Source: Phycisphaerae bacterium
GTDB lineage: Bacteria > Planctomycetota > Phycisphaerae > UBA1845
Length of the DNA stretch: 64,000 nucleotides
Reading direction: 5' to 3'
NCBI GenBank assembly: GCA_963666835.2
Contig: CAXXGO010000001.1
Coordinates: 2,048,001-2,112,000 of the forward strand
Part shown: piece by piece, positions 56,003 to 64,000 of the stretch
Numbering within the stretch: position 1 is the stretch's first letter
Layout of the letters: each line of letters begins with the position of its first letter
The notes under the pieces: model-generated
Told to the model about the DNA's origin: nothing
Seen by the model: only the letters and a program-made list of their open reading frames with translations
The model's database searches: none
Made by a program: the position numbers and the translations under genes

Positions 56003-56770
56003 ATGCAGACCATACACTCGCGTACAACCGTTGAGCGGCTTATCCGGGCGACGTTACTTGTGGTCTTGGTCAACGGATTCGCCCTGGCCTATTTGTGGGA
56101 CGGTTACGTCGGATACGCCAGAGATAACGTCGAGGCGCTCGTCAACACATTGGGGTTAAATACCCAATTGTATCCCCCTGTCGACCCTACGATGACGGAG
56201 CAGAGGGGGACGGCCCTGGCCGGGGAAATCAAGAACCGAACTCCGCTCAGGGACGTGACGGCTCAACTTGGCGAACCCGCCCTGGAGCATGACGGCAGTC
56301 TGTACTTCATCGGCCCGGGAGGACACCTTCGCATCGCGCTGAACAGGGGATTCGTGACGGCGGTCGAGTGGAATCGCGGCAACCACAGCGAGTCGGATCT
56401 TCTGTGGCAACGGGGGATCGGCTTCGTCCTGGTCCTGTGTGGCGTGTTCGCCCTGGTTCATTTCGTGCGCGTAGTCAGGACTCGGGTTGTGTTGACTTCG
56501 GAAAGCCTGGCGGTCGGTGGACAGCCGCCGGTCCCTCTTCAGGCGATTACCGGGGTCAATCTCGTAGCCGACGCGCGGGCGGAGCTGATTGCGATTACCT
56601 ACGACGACAACGGTCGGAGCGGCGAGCTGCAGCTTAGCGGTTACGTTGTCAAGGAGTTGCCCGCTATCGTGGCGGCCCTGTGTGCGTACAAGGGGCTGGC
56701 GAATCCGCTTGCTGCCGCCAGTGATGAGCCCGGGGAGGCTGCCAACGGCGATAGCCGCGATGCCGATTGA
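56003..56770 (+). CDS. membrane protein (2 TM)
   Basis: GGAGG RBS; WDG..GY motif after TM1. Confidence 0.65.
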   Translation: MQTIHSRTTVERLIRATLLVVLVNGFALAYLWDGYVGYARDNVEALVNTLGLNTQLYPPVDPTMTEQRGTALAGEIKNRTPLRDVTAQLGEPALEHDGSLYFIGPGGHLRIALNRGFVTAVEWNRGNHSESDLLWQRGIGFVLVLCGVFALVHFVRVVRTRVVLTSESLAVGGQPPVPLQAITGVNLVADARAELIAITYDDNGRSGELQLSGYVVKELPAIVAALCAYKGLANPLAAASDEPGEAANGDSRDAD

Positions 56771-56778
56771 CGTTTCGG

Positions 56779-57336
56779 CTACTCGGCGGCAGACCGGGTG
56801 AGTTGTTTGATGATCTCCGCGGCGATGCCGCGCGGGTCCTTGCCCGATGTCTCTATCACCAGATCGGCCGCGTCTTCGTAGTATAATTCGCGTTCGGAAA
56901 GGAGCCGGCGGATCTCGGTCTTGCCGTCCAGGTCCGTAAGGGGCGGGCGGCTGTCGTTGGTTGCGGAGTCGGCGCTGACGCGCTCCCAGAGCACTCCGGC
57001 CGGGGCCCTAAGCCACACCACCGTCGAGGTCGTTCGTAAGGCCTCGACGTTGCGGCTATCCAGAACCGCGCCGCCGCCGACGCTGATAACAGCCGGAGCC
57101 GATTCGACTACTCGCGCGATTACTTCACATTCGCGACGGCGAAACTCCGCTTCGCCATCCTCATCGAATATTGCGGCGATCGACTTTCCGCATAATGCCG
57201 CGATCATGGCATCCGTATCGACCTGAATGTCCCCGAGCATCTCGGCCAATTCGCGCCCCACGGTGGATTTGCCACACCCCCGGCACCCTATCAGCGCAAT
57301 GGGCGTTCGCTGGTCCGGGTCTTCTCTTCCCGTCAC
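56779..57336 (-). CDS. aroK: shikimate kinase
   Basis: LIGCRGCGKSTVG, DTD, GEAEFRRRE, SVGGGAV, RPPL, R..YY..AD. Confidence 0.93.
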   Translation of the reverse strand: MTGREDPDQRTPIALIGCRGCGKSTVGRELAEMLGDIQVDTDAMIAALCGKSIAAIFDEDGEAEFRRRECEVIARVVESAPAVISVGGGAVLDSRNVEALRTTSTVVWLRAPAGVLWERVSADSATNDSRPPLTDLDGKTEIRRLLSERELYYEDAADLVIETSGKDPRGIAAEIIKQLTRSAAE

Positions 57337-58886
57337 GCCGATTCCTCCGTTTGTCCGGCAAGTTCCCTTACGATAACGTCGCGCGCGAGTCCGAGGTTAG
57401 GATTGACACCCGTCCAGAGCACGAACTGAGCGGCGGCCTGTCGGACGAACATGTCCAAACCGTTAAGTGCGGCCGCGCCGACCCGCTGAGCGTCTGCGAG
57501 GAGCTTCGTACACAGAGGGTTGTAGATGAGATCAAACACCAGCCGACAGCCTTCCAACCCCTTGGCCGTCATCGGGGATTCGTCGACCTCCGGCCACATT
57601 CCTACGCGCGTGCAGTTGATCAGGACCTGTCCGCGGCGGTCGGCTCGTGTCTCCCAGGAGGCCGACCGGCAGTGGAACTCCGCGGCGAGGCAGTCGGTTG
57701 TGCGCGGGGACCGGCCGTATACCGTCGAGTTGCACCCGGCTTCCCGCAGCCCGGCCAGCACGGCGCGGGCCGCTCCGCCGGTGCCGAGAACGTCGACCGC
57801 AAGTCCGCGCAGATCGCCGGTAGTGCATCCCAACGATGCAGCCATCGACTCTATTGCGGCCTGGCAGTCGGTATTGTGACCTTCGACCCGCCCGTTGCAA
57901 AACACCAGCGTGTTCGCCGCCCCGATGGCCGCGGTGGCCTCAGTAGCGTTGCCGCCGACCCATTCGAGAGCGGCTACCTTGTGCGGCAGGGTAACGCTGA
58001 ACCCGCCGACATTCAGCCACGGGCGGGCGACGCAGCCATCCAGGAAGCGGTGGAGGCAGTCATCCGCCCCGCGGACTCGCAACGGCATGTACACGGCGTC
58101 AAGACCGGCGTCGCTGAACCAGCGGTTCATCAGAGCGGGGCTCACGGAGTGATGAATCGGATCACCCAGCACGCCGAATACGCGCGTTGACTCGTTAATC
58201 TGGGCCCAGCGATACCGATCGATCATCGCCTTTAGGGTAGGCTGCCCCGGAGCGGTGAAGGAGGACGAGTCCAAGCAGCAGTACGTGCCGAACCCTCCGA
58301 GTTTGCCCGCAAGTACCCGAGACCAAAGACCATCTTCGCCCATCGCTATGGCGACTGCCTTATCTCGATGGCGGTGCATCAGGTCCAGTGACGCAAAGCT
58401 GTCACAAATGGCGTCGGACTTGTACGCGACCTTGGCGATTCCGCCGGCATCGCGCATTTCCTTCGCGGCAGCGGCGAGGTCCATCCGGGCACCGGAGAAG
58501 TCATGCGCAGAGAGAATCAGGTTGAGTTCGGACCTGTTGGGGCTCGTGGCGGCCCGACCGATCAGACGCTGTGCGCCGGCCGACCCTCTCCAGTCGGCCA
58601 TTTCGAAATCGATGATCGCACGGCCGTCGCCGGCAACAGTTGCAAGTTGTGCCGCCCGCTCTTCAGCCGGGGCATCGGACCGCCCGCCCTCGCGGTTCGT
58701 ACGGCACGTAAGCAGCCAGGTCTTGGGTGACGTTTCGGCGACATATTCTGCAAGAGCCGTGATGTCATCGCTGTAGGCGTCGAGCCGAATCTCGACCGCA
58801 TCGGTACCGCCGGCAAACGCTCGTTCGGCTTGCGATTTCACATCGGCAAGCGTTTTCGCGGCGATCGACGTGATCAGTAGCGACAT
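57333..58886 (-). CDS. aroE: type I 3-dehydroquinate dehydratase / shikimate dehydrogenase fusion
   Basis: EIRLD, TCR..EGG, SAHDF, AMGE.G.WSR, APGQ (AroD); GDPIHHSVSP, SVTLPHK, IGAANT, NTD, GTGGAARA, NCT.VGM, DLIYNP, GLDMFVRQA (AroE). Confidence 0.92.
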   Translation of the reverse strand: MSLLITSIAAKTLADVKSQAERAFAGGTDAVEIRLDAYSDDITALAEYVAETSPKTWLLTCRTNREGGRSDAPAEERAAQLATVAGDGRAIIDFEMADWRGSAGAQRLIGRAATSPNRSELNLILSAHDFSGARMDLAAAAKEMRDAGGIAKVAYKSDAICDSFASLDLMHRHRDKAVAIAMGEDGLWSRVLAGKLGGFGTYCCLDSSSFTAPGQPTLKAMIDRYRWAQINESTRVFGVLGDPIHHSVSPALMNRWFSDAGLDAVYMPLRVRGADDCLHRFLDGCVARPWLNVGGFSVTLPHKVAALEWVGGNATEATAAIGAANTLVFCNGRVEGHNTDCQAAIESMAASLGCTTGDLRGLAVDVLGTGGAARAVLAGLREAGCNSTVYGRSPRTTDCLAAEFHCRSASWETRADRRGQVLINCTRVGMWPEVDESPMTAKGLEGCRLVFDLIYNPLCTKLLADAQRVGAAALNGLDMFVRQAAAQFVLWTGVNPNLGLARDVIVRELAGQTEESA

Positions 58887-58942
58887 CGAGGGCTCCAGAC
58901 AGTCCGGCTGACGCTCGTGGCGGCCCCGCCGAGGCAGCGCGC

Positions 58943-60082
58943 CTAGCCCGCCACCCGTTTCTCCAAGATCGGGATCTGGTCTTTCAAGGCACGGGCCTGC
59001 GGCGAGTCGGGGTATTGTTCGACCACGTGTTTCGCGAGGCGGAGCGCATCCGCGTATTCATGATCCCTGACGAGATCCTTGAACCGAGCTTCGATCTCTT
59101 TGCGTTGCACAATCTCCGCATTCGATCGCAAGGTCTCCATCTGTCTCCGCAGGGCGTCGGCCTCCCGCGCGGCAGGGAACCGCTCCAGGAACTCCTCAGT
59201 AGCGGCCGCCGCTTCCGACCACCGATGCTGGTCGGCACACTTCTGAATGTGCGCGTACAGTCGGGCGCATCGGGTACGCTGCCACAACTGCCGAGCCCGA
59301 GCACTGCTGGGATGGTTTGCGTACAGCTTTTGGGTGAACTGCTCGGCGATAGCCCATTGCCCCTTCTGGCTGGCTTCCTCAACTTGCCGCTTGGTCCGCG
59401 CGAAATCGAGCGCCTCGTTCCGGGCGGCGGCTTCGTCGATCTTGGTCTGCAAGCGGGCCAACGTCGGTGTGCTTCCGAACGCAGCTTCGGCGTCCTGCAG
59501 CAGCAGACGCGCCCGGCCAAGCTGGCGGCTGTTGATTGCGTCGACGATCTCCTCGGCCGCCCGGCGCTGCACGCGGTTGTGAAGACGCTCTTTGGCCTTC
59601 TCTCGATCATCCGGAGCAAGCAACTGGAAGTCGCGGAGGTCCGTCAATAGGGCAACGGTCTGCTCGGAATCGCTGGTCGTAGTTCCGGCGGGCTGGTCTT
59701 CCGCCAGGATATTGGGTTCCTGCGCCGCCTTGATTGCTGCTTGCAGACTGGTTTCTGCCATGTGCGCCATGGCGTGGACGTATCGAAGAACTGCCGCGGC
59801 CGCGACCAGAAGCCCACCCATGGTTATGCCCACCACCAATCCGGTGACCAACGTGGATAGGAAGGGTACATCCAGCGGCTGATGTTCGCGCAGTCGCCAG
59901 CCCAGAACGATCAATGCCCCGACCGGCGCCACGACCAGATTAACGAAACCCATAGCCTGCAGAAAAACTGACAGGAAGGGCGGTTTCACCGCGGGTTGAT
60001 CCACCGGCGGTTGCGGCGATTGGTCCATCGAGACGTCTCCCTTCAGATCGAGCCGTTCCGGCAACGTATCTCGGATCGACAT
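58943..60082 (-). CDS. membrane-anchored helical-repeat hypothetical protein
   Basis: Two TM segments, then repeated A...P.S..A TPR-like helices. Confidence 0.7.
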   Translation of the reverse strand: MSIRDTLPERLDLKGDVSMDQSPQPPVDQPAVKPPFLSVFLQAMGFVNLVVAPVGALIVLGWRLREHQPLDVPFLSTLVTGLVVGITMGGLLVAAAAVLRYVHAMAHMAETSLQAAIKAAQEPNILAEDQPAGTTTSDSEQTVALLTDLRDFQLLAPDDREKAKERLHNRVQRRAAEEIVDAINSRQLGRARLLLQDAEAAFGSTPTLARLQTKIDEAAARNEALDFARTKRQVEEASQKGQWAIAEQFTQKLYANHPSSARARQLWQRTRCARLYAHIQKCADQHRWSEAAAATEEFLERFPAAREADALRRQMETLRSNAEIVQRKEIEARFKDLVRDHEYADALRLAKHVVEQYPDSPQARALKDQIPILEKRVAG

Positions 60083-60299
60083 GCCGGCGCACGATGATTA
60101 CCGTCACGAACGCCCGCGGTCTATCCGATTGCCGCCCCACGTTGGCTGCAACCTATTCGTTAACAACGATTTAACAGAACTCTCGCCGCGGCTCGTTCGG
60201 AATCTTGTACAACACCGGCGAGCCGCGTGCAAGCGGAGGTGACCTATATGCGCTTCGCGGGACACGTGTAATGCCGGACCGGTGGAGCCGCCGGGGAAG

Positions 60300-60797
60300 C
60301 TAGATACCCTGCTTCTCGTAGAACACGCCTTTGTCCACTTTCTGCAGGAAGGCCTGATAGAACGCGGGGTCTTCAATTGGCCGGACGGTGATGACCTCGT
60401 TCCGGTTGTTCACTACTTTGACCTGGAAGTTGACCCGCAGCCGCATGCCGTTGCGTACTTCGGTGACATTGGCCGCGCACTCGATAATCGCGTTCTTCCG
60501 CCACCTGGCGTCCTTGCTCCCGTGCCAGAATCTCGCCCAGAATCTCTCGTTGCCCTTTTCGATATCCGTCTCTTTGACGGCGTGGACGAATCCGACTTCG
60601 AGATTGACTTGCCTTGGGATAAACGCCTCATCCTGCAGAACATTCAGGACCGCCTTGATCGCCTTCTTCGGGTCTTTGATTTCGTATGAGCGAGTCTGCA
60701 TCTGGCGGACCTGGAGCTGTGACATCCGAACTTCCGGCTGGTGGCATCCGGAACAGATTGCCAGGAAGACTCCCGCTACGATGGGTATCGTCCTCAT
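60300..60797 (-). CDS. lipoprotein
   Basis: Lipobox CSGC; LQVRQMQTRSY..VLQDE.F; FYQ.F..KVDK.VF. Confidence 0.75.
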   Translation of the reverse strand: MRTIPIVAGVFLAICSGCHQPEVRMSQLQVRQMQTRSYEIKDPKKAIKAVLNVLQDEAFIPRQVNLEVGFVHAVKETDIEKGNERFWARFWHGSKDARWRKNAIIECAANVTEVRNGMRLRVNFQVKVVNNRNEVITVRPIEDPAFYQAFLQKVDKGVFYEKQGI

Positions 60798-60815
60798 GAT
60801 GAGCCCCCGTCGATT

Positions 60816-61283
60816 CTAGAATCGGCTCGAATGATAGGAGAAGTCGCTGACGCGGCTTGCTTCGTCGAACTTGATAATGACGGTGAGCGTGCGTTGGGTC
60901 GTTGCCGACGCGCCGGCCGACTTGCCGTAACCGGTCGCAAGGCCGCCGAGGATCAAGGTCTGCCCGCCCGTCATGCCGCCCCCGCCGGCCACACCGCCGA
61001 TCCCGCCGGCATCGTTGGAGTATGACGCCTCTGTCGCAATCTTGTCATATATCCACGTCTCCATACCGCCGGAGTCTCGCGATACGATATTCGGAGAGCC
61101 CAGAGCCGCGGCCACGTCCGCCCCGGACATCCCCTTGCGGATCTCCTTCTGGACAACGCCGACGGTCAGTCGTTGGTCTTGCGCGGAGTGCAGTTGCGAA
61201 GAGTGCTTCCCCGCAGTCCTACACCCGGCCACGACCCACAAGAAAGACAGGCAGAGAATCGCTGTTGTTATTCTGGAACTCAT
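60816..61283 (-). CDS. BamE/SmpA-like lipoprotein
   Basis: VAGC lipobox; IRKGMSGADVAAALGSPN, ETWIYD, LTVIIKFD. Confidence 0.75.
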   Translation of the reverse strand: MSSRITTAILCLSFLWVVAGCRTAGKHSSQLHSAQDQRLTVGVVQKEIRKGMSGADVAAALGSPNIVSRDSGGMETWIYDKIATEASYSNDAGGIGGVAGGGGMTGGQTLILGGLATGYGKSAGASATTQRTLTVIIKFDEASRVSDFSYHSSRF

Positions 61284-61524
61284 GAGTCACTCCCTCTGTG
61301 CATACCGTGACACGGTCCCCACGCCGGTACGGGACGGCGGACGCCGCGTTCCGTGATTCCCCATCCGTTCTTCTAACCTGACGATGGCGAACGGTCAACG
61401 TGGCGACAGGTTGACCATCCGTTTGACGGCCGTCAGGGGGCTGTTACGAAACGAACGGCGAATCAGCATGGAAGAAAGCAACGCGTGCCGATAGGATTGC
61501 CGGGCAACGACCGGTCTACGGGAG

Positions 61525-62082
61525 ATGAACGTAATGGCCCTGGAGTGTCCGAACTGTCGTGCCCCTGTTTCGCTTTGGCGAGCGTTCAGGACGACGGCTT
61601 GGGGCCGGTTCACCTGCAAAACGTGCGGGTCCGTCCTCGGTATCAATGTGAAGCGGAGGTTCTTTGCGCTGATCCCGTTAACGGTTTGGATGGTCTTCCT
61701 CATGTCCGTGGTAGGTATGCGGCAATACGGGACTGCCTGGATGGCAGCCGCGTATCTCGCGTCGTCCCTGTTCATCTTCTATCTGTTTGAGGACATCGTT
61801 TTAATCGAGAGGCGGGCTTTCTGCTGCCGAAAATGCGGGTACGAACTCGAAGGACTACCTCTGCCGCGGTGCCCCGAATGTGGCACGGGGTTCGACCCGG
61901 AAGAGAAGCAGCGGATCGAGGAGCGTATCGGACAGCCGATCCCTCGCGCCCGTTACCGTTGGGTGCTGGTGCTTTTGATCTTATTGCTCGTCGGTACGCT
62001 CATCCTCAGCATCACGACCATTCAATGCGCCAAGGCGCCACCACGACCAGCACCCGCGCCCCAGCAGCCCCAAGCCCGCTAG
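61525..62082 (+). CDS. Zn-ribbon-containing membrane protein
   Basis: CPNC, CKTC, CRKCGYELEGL...RCPECG, plus 3 TM helices. Confidence 0.7.
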   Translation: MNVMALECPNCRAPVSLWRAFRTTAWGRFTCKTCGSVLGINVKRRFFALIPLTVWMVFLMSVVGMRQYGTAWMAAAYLASSLFIFYLFEDIVLIERRAFCCRKCGYELEGLPLPRCPECGTGFDPEEKQRIEERIGQPIPRARYRWVLVLLILLLVGTLILSITTIQCAKAPPRPAPAPQQPQAR

Positions 62083-62103
62083 GTTCCGCCTTGGTCACGC
62101 CAT

Positions 62104-63717
62104 TCACGCCGGCGGTTTCACTGCGACAACCACATTGTGCTTGAGCTTCTGGACGATCAGAGGCCTGGCGTCTTTGAAATCACCGCGACGAAACAGCAGG
62201 TCACGGATCAAAGGAGGGCTGGAGATGACATAATCGAGCTGCAGCTCGTGGATGTACTCGGCCATCGTACCGGTCCGCAGAGCTTGGTAGGCTCCGCTGC
62301 TGGTCTTGCCGTCCAGATTGTAGATATCCGCGTCAATGAAATAGTCGAGCGTACCGCTCTCGAAACTGCCGACCTTCATCCTGGGCGTCCAGGAATCGCG
62401 AATCGTAATCGCGTCGGCGTACAGGCGTGCGGCTATTCCCGTCTTGTCTACCGGCCCGAACAGAAGGGCGTGGTCTCGGATTCCACCGGCCACCAGTACC
62501 GTGACAACGGCGATCCCGACCCATCGCCAGCGGCCGCCGCGGGCCGCCCGCTGCCCGATCCAGCTCAACAAAACGGCGCTTGGCAACAGAAGCGCAATGG
62601 CTACCGGAGTGAGGTATCGCCAGTAGTGCCACTGGGCGAAGAAGTAGAAGCAGTACGCTCCGATCAGCAGGCCACAGAACACCCACAGATACCAAAGACG
62701 CCGAAAGACGTCCCGCAATCTCGGTGGGGGCGAGTCGTCATCCCGAATTCCGTTCCGCGCCGCAAAGGCCGTCAGGACTATCACGAGAGCCACAACGACG
62801 GGGCCGAGGACGACCGAGGAGGTCAGAAGATGCGCCGGGATTGCCAGCGCGGTTGACTCGACCAGTGTTCGACCGGCGTGAGCGAGGTTGCTGGTGTAGT
62901 ATTCCCCCGGAACCTCGTCGAGAGGGAAGTAGCTGGGCTCGCGAGCCGGGCCCTCGGGCGAACCGTAAAGCTGCGCCACCATCCGCGTGGCTGCTCCGCT
63001 AATGGGCGTAAGTCGCCCGCATTCAACAAGGCTGAAGATGAACCAGGGGGCGATGACTATCGCAGCCGAGGTGACGATCAACCCCAGCGAGTCCATCTGC
63101 CGGCGGACAAGGCGAACTCTGATCTGGTCTATCCCCAACGGAACCAGCAGAAGCCCCAGGTCCAGCCGGGCCAGCATGGCTAAGCCCATCACCAGACCGA
63201 GGCTGATTGCCGAAAGCACGCCGAATCGCTGCCCGGGACACTTGCTGCGAAGGTGCAGGTAGATGACGACGAGCATCATCAGATTGGCCAGGCTGGTCTC
63301 GAGCCCGTTAAGTCCGACGCGCGTGAAATGGGCGGATACTGTCCAGAGCAGGAGTCCGACCAGCCCGGTCCGGACGTTGTGAAGTTCTCGCAGGATCAGA
63401 TAGACAAAGTACCCGGCCGCTACGCTGCACGCGCTCAACAGTCCGGCGGCCGCGACGGTTGCCTGGTGATGGTCTAGGAACCAGTAAAACGGCACAAGCA
63501 AGAAGACATAGAGCGGCTGGAACCCGTTAGTGGGCACGCCCGCCTGCGTAATCCCTAGCCCTGCCGCGATATTCGACGCGAACTTGAGCGACATGAACGA
63601 ATCGTCGCCGAAGAAACCCTGATCGGTCATCGGACCACACCATGCGATCAACGCCATGCGGATGAGAATCTCACAGGCAAGAAGAGCGATCAGAATGGCG
63701 CGGTACGAGCGTAACAA
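62104..63717 (-). CDS. GT-C-like multi-TM glycosyltransferase
   Basis: DDSFMSLKFASNIA.G.G, PTNGFQPL, NGLETSL, LARLD, WRYL, NLDG. Confidence 0.75.
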   Translation of the reverse strand: MLRSYRAILIALLACEILIRMALIAWCGPMTDQGFFGDDSFMSLKFASNIAAGLGITQAGVPTNGFQPLYVFLLVPFYWFLDHHQATVAAAGLLSACSVAAGYFVYLILRELHNVRTGLVGLLLWTVSAHFTRVGLNGLETSLANLMMLVVIYLHLRSKCPGQRFGVLSAISLGLVMGLAMLARLDLGLLLVPLGIDQIRVRLVRRQMDSLGLIVTSAAIVIAPWFIFSLVECGRLTPISGAATRMVAQLYGSPEGPAREPSYFPLDEVPGEYYTSNLAHAGRTLVESTALAIPAHLLTSSVVLGPVVVALVIVLTAFAARNGIRDDDSPPPRLRDVFRRLWYLWVFCGLLIGAYCFYFFAQWHYWRYLTPVAIALLLPSAVLLSWIGQRAARGGRWRWVGIAVVTVLVAGGIRDHALLFGPVDKTGIAARLYADAITIRDSWTPRMKVGSFESGTLDYFIDADIYNLDGKTSSGAYQALRTGTMAEYIHELQLDYVISSPPLIRDLLFRRGDFKDARPLIVQKLKHNVVVAVKPPA

Positions 63718-63720
63718 AAC

Positions 63721-64000
63721 TCACCCTCGACTCTGGGGCTCGGTGCTCTTGGCACCCCTATGGGTGCCCGCCCGCGATGTTAACGGCGACTGCGGGGGCG
63801 GGCTACTCTCGTTGGACACGCCCTTGGACACCCCGCCCGGGCCATCTGCCGGGGGTGGCCAGGACTCCGGGTTTCGGAGATACTTGCCGCGGAAGAGAGT
63901 TGATCGGTTGTCCCTGGCCTTTGAAGGAGGCGGAGTGCGAATGTTTGCCAAACGAGCCTGTTGGACATTGTTGTCGATGTTGGCGATCCCTGCGGCGGCT
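63721..64000 (-). CDS. 3' end of a gene entering from outside the window
   Basis: Frame is open from the window edge to TGA at 63721, 3 nt before the next start. Confidence 0.4.
   Translation of the reverse strand, partial: AAAGIANIDNNVQQARLANIRTPPPSKARDNRSTLFRGKYLRNPESWPPPADGPGGVSKGVSNESSPPPQSPLTSRAGTHRGAKSTEPQSRG

Noticed and set aside
1..64000. tRNA/rRNA genes
   Set aside because: None recognised by eye, including at the att sites; a tRNAscan/Infernal run would be needed to exclude them.

Overview
High-GC bacterial chromosome segment, most likely a planctomycete (Phycisphaerae-like). This is inferred from the AroD-AroE fusion, IPTL-CTERM and FGE-sulfatase secreted proteins, and planctomycete-style repeats. 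The housekeeping backbone includes nadD, gmd, topA, rsmA, efp, hsp20 x2, gatB, aroK and aroDE. Three things stand out. (1) A ~16.4 kb integrated, apparently capsid-less phage-satellite (PICI-like) element sits in the 3' end of efp. It has a 46-bp identical att core (65 bp with 3 synonymous mismatches), candidate arm sites, a tyrosine integrase, an Xis-like HTH protein, a primase-helicase, an iteron origin, a TerS-like gene, tandem M41-like peptidases, a beta-helix protein and two IPTL-CTERM cargo genes. (2) Directly after attR is a RiPP-like operon: a 105-aa precursor, a VKOR-DsbA fusion, a PqqD/RRE protein, an HprK-related kinase, a nucleotidyltransferase and two glycosyltransferases, with no lasso cyclase. 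The precursor has a twin-Arg, an FxxPxL (lasso-like RRE-binding) leader motif, an AxA cleavage site and a C-C-CC-C-C knottin-type core. This is the best candidate for an undescribed system: a phospho/glyco-modified bacterial cystine-knot peptide. (3) An orphan TssB-TssC sheath fusion, 58-bp GTAG-REP arrays and a 278-bp tandem duplication of the upstream region and 5' end of an ECF sigma gene. All calls come from reading motifs by eye; no database search was run.
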